From NCBI GenBank assembly GCA_963727485.1, contig CAVSGM010000002.1:1376001-1440000 (forward strand): a stretch of DNA of 64,000 nucleotides. Reading direction: 5' to 3'. Below are positions 43,389 to 53,138 of the stretch, piece after piece. The notes below the pieces were generated by a model that saw nothing but the letters and a program-made list of their open reading frames with translations, had not been told where the DNA came from and did not search any database. The translations under genes and the position numbers were made by a program. The stretch's first letter is position 1; every line of letters begins with the position of its first letter. This DNA comes from an uncultured delta proteobacterium (lineage in GTDB: Bacteria > Myxococcota > Myxococcia > SLRQ01).

Positions 43389-45243
43389 ATGAGCGCGCGC
43401 TGTGATCTGGTGGTCGTGGGCGCCGGGCACGCCGGCTGCGAGGCCGCCCACGTGGCTGCGCGCCTGGGGTGCGCGGTCACGGTGGTGACCCTGCGCCGGG
43501 ACCGCATCGGCTGGATGAGCTGCAACCCGGCGGTCGGGGGCATGGCGAAGGGGCACCTGGTCCGGGAGGTCGACGCCCTCGGAGGGCTCATGGGCCGGGT
43601 CACCGACCGGGCCGCGATCCAGGTGCGCACCCTGAACACGCGCCGGGGGCCGGCGGTGCGCGGGACGAGGGCCCAGGTCGACCGGCGGCGCTACGCCCGG
43701 GAGATGGCCCGGGTGCTGCTGGCCACCCCGGGCATCACCGTCCGCGAGGGGATGGTCACCGAGGTCGTGGTGGAGGGGGGCGGTGGCGGCCAGCGGGTGA
43801 TCGGGGTGCGCCTCGAGGAGGGCGGCGAGCTCTCCTGCGCGGCGGTGGTGGTCACCGCCGGGACCTTCCTCAACGGCCTGGCCCACGTGGGCGAGGTGCG
43901 GACCGCCTGCGGGCGGGAGGGGGATCGGCCGGCGGTGGGGCTCTCGGCGTCGCTGGCGGCGCTGGGCCTCTCCCTCGGGCGCTTCAAGACCGGCACCACG
44001 CCGCGCCTCGACGGCCGGACCCTCGACCTCGAGGGCCTCGAGGTCCAGCCCGGGGACGCGGCGCCGCGGCCCTTCTCCCACGACACCGACCCGGCGCGGT
44101 TCCCCCTGCTCCCCCAGCGGCCCTGTCACCTGACCCACACCACCGAGGCGACCCACCGCCTGGTCCGGGAGAACCTCGGACAATCTCCCCTCTTCGCCGG
44201 GGCCATAGAGGGAACTGGACCTAGGTATTGTCCCTCTATCGAGGACAAGGTCCACCGCTTCGCCCAGCGCACCGCCCACCCGGTCTACCTCGAGCCCGAC
44301 GGCCTCGACACCGACGAGGTCTACCCGGGCGGCATCAGCACCAGCCTCCCGGCGGAGGTGCAGCAGGAGATGCTCCGGACGATCCCGGGCCTCGAGTGCG
44401 GTGGAGATCCTGCGGCCGGGGTACGCCATCGAGTACGACTACGTGCCCCCGACCCAGATCGAGGCGACCCTGGCGGTGAAGGGGATCCGGGGCCTCTACC
44501 TCGCCGGCCAGGTCAACGGGACCTCGGGCTATGAGGAGGCCGCGGCCCAGGGGCTCCTCGCCGGGCTGAACGCCGCCCGGGCGGTGGCCGGGGCGCCGGC
44601 GGTGCGCGTGCCCCGGGACCAGGCGTACCTCGGGGTGCTGGTCGACGACCTCACCACCGTCGGGACCCGGGAGCCCTACCGGATGTTCACCTCCCGGGCC
44701 GAGCACCGCCTGCGCCTCCGGGAGGACAACGCGGACCTGCGCCTCTCGGCCCTGGGGCACGCGGTGGGCCTCCTGCCGGAGGCGGCCGCGGCGCGAGCGG
44801 CGGCCCGGGGGGAGGCGGTGGCGCGGGAGGTGGCGCGCCTCGAGGGGACCCCGGTCGGCGATACCGGGGGCCGGGGGCCGAGCACCCTGGCCTCGATCCT
44901 CCGGCGCCCGGGGATGACCTACGCGGCCCTCGCCGACCGGGACCGGGGGCGGCCGGCCCTCGACCCGGCGACGGTGACGACCGTGGAGGTGGAGGTGAAG
45001 TACCGGGGCTACATCGATCGGGCGGCCCGGCGCCTCGCGGCGGTGGACGCCCTCGACGGGACCGAGATTCCCGACGGGTTTCCCTTCGCCGACCTCGCCG
45101 GGCTCTCCAGCGAGGTCCGGGAGAAGCTCCTGCGGCACCAGCCCCGGACCCTCGGGCAGGCGGGACGGATCAGCGGGGTGACGCCGGCGGCGGTGGACCT
45201 CCTCGCGGCCCATCTGCTCCGGGCCGGAGGCGCCTGTGGATGA
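43389..45243 (+). CDS. mnmG: tRNA uridine modification enzyme MnmG/GidA (indel near 44399)
   Basis: [42 protein letters not shown], then [25 protein letters not shown] and [11 protein letters not shown] in the shifted frame. Confidence 0.95.
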
Positions 45244-45340
45244 TCTGTGGACGGTTTTTTGGACCTGCGTCTGGACTCGGGTTTCAAGGGGCCAGATGAT
45301 GTTCCACGTGGAACACCGGGTGTGGACAGGTCGTGGATAG
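45235..45340. promoter_or_regulatory. DnaA-box-like cluster flanking parS
   Basis: TGTGGATGA (45235), TGTGGACGG (45246), TGTGGACAG (45321), CGTGGATAG (45332), all in the same orientation. Confidence 0.55.
45300..45315. promoter_or_regulatory. parS: parS site
   Basis: Perfect 16-bp palindrome TGTTCCACGTGGAACA about 1 kb upstream of parAB. Confidence 0.92.
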
Positions 45341-46004
45341 GGCCGACGAGCTGAGGGGGCTGCTGGGGCCGGCCCTGGGCGCCCTGGGGCTGTCGGTCGA
45401 GGTCCCGGTCCTGGCCGGCCTCGAGGCCTATGACGCCCTCCTGCTCAAGTGGCAGGGGCGGGTGCGGCTGGTGGGGCGCACCGACGCCCGGACCCTGGCC
45501 GTGGTCCACCTCGCCGACGCGCTGACCGTCCTCCCGTTCCTGGCGCACCTGCCCGCCGGCGCCCGGGTGGTGGACGTCGGGACCGGCGCCGGCCTCCCTG
45601 GGATCCCGCTGGCCCTCGCCCGTCCCGACCTGGTCTTCGAGCTCGTCGAGCCCGACCACCGGAAGGCGGCCTTCGTGAAGGCGGCCGTCGCCGGGCTGGG
45701 GCTCCGCGGCGTGCGCGTCCACGCGCGGAGGGCCGAGGGGCGTCCGGCGGAGGAGGGGATCCCCACCGGGGACCTCGTGGTCTCCCGGGCGTTCCGGGCG
45801 CCCGAGGGGTGGCTGGCGCTCGCCCGGCACTACGCGCGGCCCGGGGGCCGGGTGGTGGCCATGATGGCCGCCCAGGCGCCGGACGACGAGGCCGGGCTGG
45901 TGGCGCTGGGAGCGCCGTGGGACCTCGAGCTGGTGCAGGTCTGGCGGGGGAGCCTCCCGGACCGGGGCGGCAGCCGGGTGATCGCGGCCTGGGCCGGGGG
46001 CTGA
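45333..46004 (+). CDS. rsmG: 16S rRNA m7G527 methyltransferase RsmG/GidB
   Basis: H.ADAL, VDVGTGAGLPGIPLA, RK.AF, RAE, VSRAF; synteny. Confidence 0.92.
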   Translation: MDRADELRGLLGPALGALGLSVEVPVLAGLEAYDALLLKWQGRVRLVGRTDARTLAVVHLADALTVLPFLAHLPAGARVVDVGTGAGLPGIPLALARPDLVFELVEPDHRKAAFVKAAVAGLGLRGVRVHARRAEGRPAEEGIPTGDLVVSRAFRAPEGWLALARHYARPGGRVVAMMAAQAPDDEAGLVALGAPWDLELVQVWRGSLPDRGGSRVIAAWAGG

Positions 46005-46044
46005 GCGAGAGCGTCCCGGGGCCGGGCCACCCACAACGCCCCGA

Positions 46045-46060
46045 TGTTCCACGTGGAACA
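46045..46060. promoter_or_regulatory. parS: parS site
   Basis: Second TGTTCCACGTGGAACA with the same flanks (ga...ccggg) as the first. Confidence 0.92.
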
Positions 46061-46282
46061 CCGGGGACCGGGCCCGTGACCATGCATCACATGCCATGCC
46101 CGGCAGCCGCCGACCGCCTCCCCCCGGCCGGCCAAGACCGCCCCCGCCCCAGGACCGGGGGGCCGCCGCAACCCCCCCGCCCCGGCCCCCAGCCGCGGAC
46201 CCCAGGTCAGCCCGCTTCGGCCCCACAGCAGCAGCCCGCGCCTCCGCAACCCCCCGCGATCCGGCCCCGCGGGGACATCGCC

Positions 46283-46311
46283 TTGTCACCGTCTGGCCAG
46301 CGTGCTACACG
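46283..46311 (+). promoter_or_regulatory. Sigma70-like parA promoter
   Basis: TTGTCA-N17-TACACG with extended -10 TG. Confidence 0.45.
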
Positions 46312-46379
46312 CCACGGGCTCGCCGGGTGGAAGCTGCCGCCCGCGCTCCCCGCCGCCGCCGGAGGTACCAGTTCCGCCC

Positions 46380-47186
46380 ATGGGCCGGATCATCGCCATC
46401 GCGAACCAGAAGGGCGGGGTCGGGAAGACCACCACGGCGGTGAACCTGGGCGCCTCCCTCGCCGCCTCCGAGCGCCGGGTCCTGGTCGTCGACATGGACC
46501 CCCAGGGCAACGCCACCAGCGGCCTGGGCCTCGACAAGCAGGAGGTCCACCCGGGGATCTACGACGCCCTCATCGGCGAGGTCCCCCTCTCGGCGGCCAT
46601 CCACCACACCGAGCTCGCCTACCTCGACCTGGTCCCCGCCAACCGGGACCTCGCCGGGGCCACGGTGGAGCTGGTGGACCTCGACGCCCGCGAGTTCCGC
46701 CTCAAGCACACCCTCGCCGAGGTGGCCGCGGGCTACGACTACATCCTCATCGACTGCCCGCCGTCCCTGGAGCTGCTCACGGTCAACGCCCTGGCGGCCG
46801 CGGACACGGTCCTGGTCCCGCTCCAGTGCGAGTACTACGCGCTCGAGGGCATCACGGACCTGATGAACACCCTGGAGCTGGTCCGCGGTGGCCTGAACCC
46901 GGCGCTGAAGGTCGAGGGCATCGTCCTCACCATGTACGACGCCCGGAACAACCTCTCCCACCAGGTCCGCGACGAGGTCCAGCGGCACTTCTCCGCCCAG
47001 GTCTTCGAGGCGATCGTGCCCCGGAACGTCCGCCTCTCCGAGGCCCCGAGCTTCGGCCGGCCCATCCTCCTCTACGACCTCGAGTCCAAGGGCAGCCAGG
47101 CCTACCTGACCCTGGCCGAGGAGATCCTCCGGCGCGACGCCGCCCCCGCCACCGGGGACGCGCCGCCCCCGGCCGACCTCGCCTGA
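46380..47186 (+). CDS. parA: Chromosome partitioning ATPase ParA/Soj
   Basis: ANQKGGVGKTTT, DMDPQGNAT, IDCPPS, QCEYYALEG, PRNVRLSEAPSFG. Confidence 0.97.
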   Translation: MGRIIAIANQKGGVGKTTTAVNLGASLAASERRVLVVDMDPQGNATSGLGLDKQEVHPGIYDALIGEVPLSAAIHHTELAYLDLVPANRDLAGATVELVDLDAREFRLKHTLAEVAAGYDYILIDCPPSLELLTVNALAAADTVLVPLQCEYYALEGITDLMNTLELVRGGLNPALKVEGIVLTMYDARNNLSHQVRDEVQRHFSAQVFEAIVPRNVRLSEAPSFGRPILLYDLESKGSQAYLTLAEEILRRDAAPATGDAPPPADLA

Positions 47187-47230
47187 ACCCCCTCGGGCCG
47201 GCCTCGCCCCCGGCCCCGAACGCCTGCCTC

Positions 47231-48133
47231 ATGTCCAACGGCCCCCAGAAGCCCTCGCGCCGCCCGGCCCTTGGCCGCGGTCTCTCCTCGCTCATCCAGA
47301 GCCCCGGCGGCGCCGCCGCCCCCTCCCCCGGCCCCGGCGCGGGCCGGCGGATCCTCGAGGTCCCCATCGAGCAGGTGGCGCCCCGGTCGGACCAGCCCAG
47401 GCGCCACTTCAAGGACACCGCCCTCGAGGAGCTCGCCGCCTCCATCCGCGAGCGGGGGGTGCTCTCGCCGATCCTGGTCCGCAAGCGCGGCGGCGGCTAC
47501 GCCATCATCGCCGGCGAGCGCCGGTGGCGCGCCGCCCAGCGCGCGGGGCTCAAGCAGGTCCCGGTGGTCCTCGAGGAGGCCGACGACGTCGAGGCCTTCG
47601 AGATCGCCCTCATCGAGAACATCCAGCGCGAGGACCTCAACCCCATCGAGGAGGCCGAGGCCTACGAGCGCCTCATGGGCCTCAACGGCTGGACCCAGGA
47701 GCAGTGCGCCGAGAAGGTCGGCAAGGAGCGCTCCTCGGTGGCCAACGCCCTGCGGCTGCTGAGGCTCCCCGACGGGGCCCGGGACGCGGTGATCGAGGGG
47801 CGGCTGGCCATGGGTCACGCCCGGGCGATGGTGGCCCTCGGCGAGGCGAAGGCCATCGAGAGCGCCACCCGGGAGGTCCTCTCCAAGGGCCTCTCGGTGC
47901 GGCAGACCGAGGCCCTGGTCCGCAAGCTGAAGCAGGGCGACGCCCCGGACCGTGGCCAGAAGGCCCCCCGGGAGGTCTCCCCAGCGGTGCGGGACCTGGT
48001 GGCCCGCCTCCAGCAGGTCCTGGGCACCCGGGTCCAGCTGCAGGACCAGGGAAACCGGGGCAAGCTGGTGATCACCTACGGGAGCCTCGATGACCTGGAC
48101 CGGGTCGTCGACCGGATTCTCGGCGACAAGTGA
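47231..48133 (+). CDS. parB: Chromosome partitioning CTPase ParB
   Basis: ALGRGL, QPRRHF, IIAGERRWRAA, LIENIQREDLNPIEEA, GKERSSVAN.LRLL. Confidence 0.97.
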   Translation: MSNGPQKPSRRPALGRGLSSLIQSPGGAAAPSPGPGAGRRILEVPIEQVAPRSDQPRRHFKDTALEELAASIRERGVLSPILVRKRGGGYAIIAGERRWRAAQRAGLKQVPVVLEEADDVEAFEIALIENIQREDLNPIEEAEAYERLMGLNGWTQEQCAEKVGKERSSVANALRLLRLPDGARDAVIEGRLAMGHARAMVALGEAKAIESATREVLSKGLSVRQTEALVRKLKQGDAPDRGQKAPREVSPAVRDLVARLQQVLGTRVQLQDQGNRGKLVITYGSLDDLDRVVDRILGDK

Positions 48134-48156
48134 GCTTCGCGGTATAAGAGCGAGCG

Positions 48157-48684
48157 ATGCCGTTCTGGAGCAAGGACAACGAAGGCGAGGCGGGCTCCCG
48201 CCCGACCGAGGCGCCGGGGGCCAAGACCCCGGCCCCCCGGGCCGAGCCCCCAAAAAAGGAGAAGACGATGGCGCGGGACGACCGTCAGACCGGTGACATC
48301 AACGCCCTGCTGGGCCGCGGGGCCACCTTCGAGGGCAAGCTGACCTTCGAGGGCACCGTGCGGGTCGACGGGACCTTCAAGGGTGAGATCTTCACCGACG
48401 AGGTCCTGGTGGTGGGCGAGGGCGCGAAGATCGAGGCCGAGATCAAGGTCGGCACCATCGTGGTCAACGGGGAGATCAAGGGCAACATCATCGCCAAGCA
48501 GGCGGTGGAGCTCCATCACCCGGCCAAGGTCTTCGGCAACATCACCACCCCGTCGCTCATCATCGACCGGGGCGTGATCTTCGAGGGCAACTCGAAGATG
48601 CAGAACCTCGAGAACAGCGGCGGGGCCCGCCCGGCCCAGACGCCCGCGACGCCCCAGACCCCGCCCAAGGCCGACCCGAAGTAG
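48157..48684 (+). CDS. Bactofilin (BacM-like)
   Basis: LLGRG..FEGKL.FEG.VRVDG.F.GEI beta-helix, V.GNI.TPSL.ID.GVIFEG; located right after parB. Confidence 0.9.
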   Translation: MPFWSKDNEGEAGSRPTEAPGAKTPAPRAEPPKKEKTMARDDRQTGDINALLGRGATFEGKLTFEGTVRVDGTFKGEIFTDEVLVVGEGAKIEAEIKVGTIVVNGEIKGNIIAKQAVELHHPAKVFGNITTPSLIIDRGVIFEGNSKMQNLENSGGARPAQTPATPQTPPKADPK

Positions 48685-48702
48685 CCCGGCCCCCGGGCGC
48701 CG

Positions 48703-49008
48703 CTAGTTCTCGACCCGGACCTGGATGATGATGGGCCGCTGGGCGTCGTCCCGGCCCACCAGCCGGGTGCTCCCCGGCTTGTGCCCGGTCACCCGGGCCT
48801 GCCCCGAGGGGAGCACCTCCAGGGACGCCACCGAGCTGTCCTCGGAGCTCAGCGTCTGGGGACGCCTCGGCAGGGGGAAGGTCACCGTCTTGCCGACCTT
48901 CACCACCACCACCTCCGGGGTCTGGGCCGCTGCCGGGCTCCCGGCCGCGAGCCCGAGCCCCAGGGCCATCAGGATGGCCGCCCCCACTCCCACCATGGTC
49001 CGTCGCAT
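48703..49008 (-). CDS. Small secreted protein resembling the pilus-secretin N-terminal Ig-like domain
   Basis: Signal peptide; V.VG......P, D.SVA.., V.G.KPG.T.L pattern; GGAGG RBS. Confidence 0.6.
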   Translation of the reverse strand: MRRTMVGVGAAILMALGLGLAAGSPAAAQTPEVVVVKVGKTVTFPLPRRPQTLSSEDSSVASLEVLPSGQARVTGHKPGSTRLVGRDDAQRPIIIQVRVEN

Positions 49009-49146
49009 GCGCACGCCTCCTGGATCGAATCCCCTGGAGGATATGCCGGAGCCGGGCGTCCTCCAAGTGATTGGCTTCGACGGGGCCGCGCGCCGGGCAT
49101 TCGACCCGGTTGTGGATCTGGGCCCCGGGGCCGCTATGCTCCCTCC

Positions 49147-49992
49147 ATGAGCCGCCCCGGGACCGCGCCCCTCGTCGTCCTCCTCGCCGCCGGCCTCGCC
49201 GCCTCGCCGGCTTCGGTCGCCCGCGCCGCCGGCCCCGTGCCGGCCCCGGCCGCCGCCGTCGCCCCGTCGCCCCCCGCGCACCGCCCCGAGCGCCTGGTGG
49301 TCGACTGGGGCGTCGACGTCCCCGTGACGCTGGCCACCGGCGCCTTCTACCTGGGCCTGTCCCTCGGCGAGAGCCGCCAGCCCCTTGGCACCGGGGTGCC
49401 GGCGAAGCCCCCGGGGGGCCTCGACAGCCTGGCCGTCCTCAGCCTCCACCCGGCGCCCGCCCGGGCCGCCGACGTCCTCCTCGGGGCCACCCTGGCCCTG
49501 GCCTTCGGCGCCGACGTCGTCGACGGCTGGCACGACGGCATCCCCTGGAACCGGGTGATGCTCTACGTTGAGACCATCATGGTCGTCGGCGCGGTCACCG
49601 AGGGCACCAAGTGGGTCGTCCGGCGGCCTCGGCCCTACACCTACACGAAGCGCCTGGGCGTCCCCGACGACGACCTCTCGTTCTTCTCCGGCCACACCTC
49701 CAACACCGCCGCCGCGGCGTTCACCCTGGCCCGGACCCTCGACCTCGCCCACGACCTGGGCACCTGGGGGCGGGTGGGCGTCTATGGCGGGGCGACGGTG
49801 CTCACGGCGGTGGTCGGGGTCCTCCGGGTGGTCAGCGGCAAGCACTTCCCCTCGGACGTGATCGTCGGCGCCTGCGTGGGCGGGGCCATCGGCTTCCTCA
49901 TCCCCGAGCTCCACCGGGCCCCGGGGCTCATGGTCGCCGCCGCGCCCACCGCCGACGGCGGCTTCCACCTGGCCCTGGCCACGCGCTTCTAG
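49147..49992 (+). CDS. PAP2-family phosphatase
   Basis: KWVVRRPRP, SFFSGH, LRVVSGKHFPSDV. Confidence 0.9.
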   Translation: MSRPGTAPLVVLLAAGLAASPASVARAAGPVPAPAAAVAPSPPAHRPERLVVDWGVDVPVTLATGAFYLGLSLGESRQPLGTGVPAKPPGGLDSLAVLSLHPAPARAADVLLGATLALAFGADVVDGWHDGIPWNRVMLYVETIMVVGAVTEGTKWVVRRPRPYTYTKRLGVPDDDLSFFSGHTSNTAAAAFTLARTLDLAHDLGTWGRVGVYGGATVLTAVVGVLRVVSGKHFPSDVIVGACVGGAIGFLIPELHRAPGLMVAAAPTADGGFHLALATRF

Positions 49993-50031
49993 GCGCGCGG
50001 GTCGGCGCCAGGCGTGCAGGGCGCCCCGCGC

Positions 50032-50955
50032 CTAGTCCCCGTCGCGGGGGCTGCGGGCGGCCTCGGCCTCGGCCCGGAGCCGGCGCAGGTCGTCGCCCTC
50101 GAGCTCGTAGGCCTCGCCGCAGAACTCGCAGGTCACCGTGGCCCGGCCGTCCTCCTCGAGGATCTCCCCGAGGGTCTCGGGGCCGAGGCTGACCAGGCTG
50201 GTCTCCACCCGCTCCCGGTCGCAACCGCAGTGGAAGGCCACGTCGCTGCGGTCGAAGATCTCGAGGTTCTCACCGCCCTTGCCCTCGGCGCCGCCCATGA
50301 GCGCGTCGAGGAGGGCCCCGGCCGCCGGCGCCCCGGCCAGGGAGGCGAGGTGCTCGGCGAGCCACCCCTCGGCGAGCCGGGCCCGCACCGCCTCGAGGGC
50401 CGCGCGGTTCCCCCCGGGGAGGCGCTGGAAGAGCACCCCGGCGCAGGTCTCGGGCTGCCCGTCGGCGCCGAGGTGGGCGACGAGGTCCACCGCGCTCTCC
50501 ACCTGCTCCGAGGCCTCGAGGTAGGCCTCGACGCCCCGGGCCACGCTCCGGCCCGGGAGCTCCACGGTGCCCCGGTACCACTGGCCGGGGTTCATCTCCC
50601 GCAGGACGTTCACCAGCCCCCGGCTCCCGAAGGCCGGGGCGCAGAGCGACCCCTCGGGGCTCGGGAAGTCCACGGTGGGCACCCGGGCGTAGCCCCGGAC
50701 ACCGCCCTCGCTGTCGGCGTCGACGACCAGGCCCCGGATGGGCCCGTCGCACTCGATCTGGAGGTTCACCCGCCGGGGCAGCTTGTGGAGCCGGGCGAGG
50801 AGGATCCCCGCGGTCAGGGCCTCGGAGAGGACCCGGGCGGAGGTGGGGGCGCACCGGTGCCGGGCCACGCCTTCGCGGCAGGTCTCGGTGCTGACGACGG
50901 CGAGGGCCCGGAGATCGGCGTCCTCGACGATGGCTCTGACGAGGTGGTCGTGCAT
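50032..50955 (-). CDS. hslO: Hsp33 redox-regulated chaperone
   Basis: DHLVRA, DGPIRG..VDA...G.VRGY, YL..SEQ, CGC...CEFC zinc motif. Confidence 0.92.
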   Translation of the reverse strand: MHDHLVRAIVEDADLRALAVVSTETCREGVARHRCAPTSARVLSEALTAGILLARLHKLPRRVNLQIECDGPIRGLVVDADSEGGVRGYARVPTVDFPSPEGSLCAPAFGSRGLVNVLREMNPGQWYRGTVELPGRSVARGVEAYLEASEQVESAVDLVAHLGADGQPETCAGVLFQRLPGGNRAALEAVRARLAEGWLAEHLASLAGAPAAGALLDALMGGAEGKGGENLEIFDRSDVAFHCGCDRERVETSLVSLGPETLGEILEEDGRATVTCEFCGEAYELEGDDLRRLRAEAEAARSPRDGD

Positions 50956-51055
50956 GGGAACCGGCGACTGGGCGCCAGCCTCCAGCATGGCGCCCCCGGC
51001 CCCCGGCGTCAAAGGCGCCTCGCCCCGGGCCGCCGCCGCCCCGCCCGACCCGCGG

Positions 51056-52124
51056 TCAGAGCTGGACCGAGATCCCCGCGGAGAGCTCGGTGTCGGTGGA
51101 CTTCTTCCCGGCCGCCGGCGCCCCGATGTAGCGCACCGTGAACCCGAGCTGGAGCGCCAGCCCCTCGGCGATCTGCGCCCCGAGGAGGGTGGTCGAGGCT
51201 CAGGCGCAGGTTCTGGACGTTGACCACGTCCGGGAGGACCTCGACGTCCTCGCTGATGACCGAGGTCTTGGTCAGGGCGTAGCGGAAGGCGAGGGCGATC
51301 CGCGGGGCGTAGATGGTGTCGTCGGGGAGGTTCACCGCCACCGGGAAGTACTGGAACCGGTTCTCCTGGGTGATGCGGAAGCCCAGGTCGGTGCGCAGCT
51401 TGAGGCGCACCAGCTTGCCTTCCTGGTGCTCGACCCAGACGACGCTGGCCCCGGCCTCGCCGTAGCCCTGGACCTCGATGCTCGCCACGTGGTCGGTGGC
51501 GGCGCCGGCGGCGAGATAGGCGCTCACCGGCCCGGAGATCTTCCGATCGCCCCGCGCCCGGACGTCGGCGTTGAGGGCGGTGACCTGGGCGGGGTCGCCG
51601 GGCTTCTCGGGGCGCGTCTGGCCGTAGGCGGCGGTGGCCTTGAGCTCGGTGGACCAGCCATCGAAGCGGGTGTCGACCACCGCCGAGAGCTTGCTGGTGA
51701 TCGCGTTGGCGTTGCCGGTGACCGAGATGAGGTTGGCGCCCAGCGAGCCGCTCCAGGCGGCCTTGGGCTTCTTCCCCGGGGCCGGCGCCGGGGCCGCCGG
51801 CGGCGGCGGAGGCGCCAGCCGGGCGATGGCCGCGGCGGTCTGCTTCGCTGCCTCGGCGGTGGCCTTGGCCGCCTCCGCGGCGGCCTGGGCGGCGGCGGCC
51901 GCGGCCCTTGCCGCCGCGACGGCCTGGTCCACCCGGGTGTCCCCGGAGGACGCGGGGGCCTGGGGCGCGGGCGCGGCGGTGGACGGCGAGGTCGAGGTGG
52001 ATGTCGACGCGGGGGCCGGGGCCGCGTCGGCGAAGGCCGCCGTCGCCGGCGCCGCCAGCAGCACCCCCACCGAGACCGCCACCCACGCTCCGAGACCGCT
52101 TCGCAAGGTCGTCGCCACCATCAC
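51056..52124 (-). CDS. DUF481-family outer-membrane beta-barrel (indel near 51198)
   Basis: Signal peptide and Ala-rich linker, WSGS..A....TGN, alternating beta strands, and KKSTDT......VQL end in the shifted frame. Confidence 0.7.
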
Positions 52125-52993
52125 CGCGCCTCCTTCCGGCCGTTCCCGTCGGGGGACACCCCCGGCACCGGCGACGGGTCCTGCTCCTGCCGGTGGTAGA
52201 CCACCTGCCGCGGGAACGGGATCTCCACGCCCTCGGCGTCGAAGGCCGCCTTCACCTGCGCCCGGAGCGCGCGCTCGGCGGCGAACTGCTCCCCGGGCTT
52301 CACCTTGACCACCAGCCGCAGCCCCACGTCCGAGGCGTTGAGGCCCATGACCCCCTGGGCCTCCGGGGGCTCGAGGACCAGGTCGGCGTGCTCGGCGGCC
52401 CAGGCGGCGCCGACGCCCTGGAGGACCTTCATCCCCTGGCCCACGTCCTGCTCGTAGGCGACCCCCACCTCCACGATCGCCCGGGCCCAGCCGCGGGTGA
52501 GGTTGCCGACCTCGGTGATGGCGCCGTTGGGGATGGACCAGAGCTGCCCGTTGAAGCTGCGCACCCGGGTCATCCGCAGGCCCACCTCCTCGATCACCCC
52601 GGTGGCGTTTCCGACCTGGGCCACGTCGCCGACGCGGATCACGTCGTCGAGGATGAGGAAGAACCCGGCGATGACGTCCTTGACCAGGTTCTGGGCGCCG
52701 AAGCCCACGGCCAGGCCCAGGACGCCGGCGCCGGCGAGGACCGCCCCGACGTTGATGCCCAGCTGGGAGAGGGCCATGACCAGGCCGACCCCCACCAGGG
52801 TCACCTTCACCAGGCCCCGGAGGATCCCCGCGAGGGTCTCGCTCCGGCGGCGGATGGTCCGGGCGGCGGCGCGGGCGACGACGGAGGCGACGATCCAGGC
52901 GCCGACCACGATGGCGATGGCCACCGCGATGTCCGTGAGCAGGCCCGGCGCCTGGTTGCGCAGGAAACCCCAGATCTGATCCCAGAACCGCAT
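52121..52993 (-). CDS. Small-conductance mechanosensitive channel, MscS family
   Basis: GLAVGFGAQNLVKDVIAG, RVGD, G.IEEVGLR.T, IPNG.I, GVEIPFP. Confidence 0.93.
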   Translation of the reverse strand: MRFWDQIWGFLRNQAPGLLTDIAVAIAIVVGAWIVASVVARAAARTIRRRSETLAGILRGLVKVTLVGVGLVMALSQLGINVGAVLAGAGVLGLAVGFGAQNLVKDVIAGFFLILDDVIRVGDVAQVGNATGVIEEVGLRMTRVRSFNGQLWSIPNGAITEVGNLTRGWARAIVEVGVAYEQDVGQGMKVLQGVGAAWAAEHADLVLEPPEAQGVMGLNASDVGLRLVVKVKPGEQFAAERALRAQVKAAFDAEGVEIPFPRQVVYHRQEQDPSPVPGVSPDGNGRKEAR

Positions 52994-53138
52994 CGTCCCC
53001 TCCCCAGCTGGCGGTGCCGGACGCCGCGGCGGCGCCCAGGGCAACCTGGACTCTAGGTCCTCCCCAGGGGATTGCAACTCCCCGGGATTCGGCCCGGTTC
53101 GACGGAGCCTGGGCGAAGCCTGGACGCCGCCTGGCGAC

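Noticed and set aside
45298..46065. 23-bp direct repeat as a CRISPR remnant or mobile-element target duplication
   Set aside because: Only two copies, 745 bp apart and flanking rsmG; fully explained as parS; no cas or transposase genes.
46061..46280. C-rich low-complexity spacer between parS and the parA promoter as an sRNA or small ORF
   Set aside because: No convincing stem-loops, terminator or coding signature.
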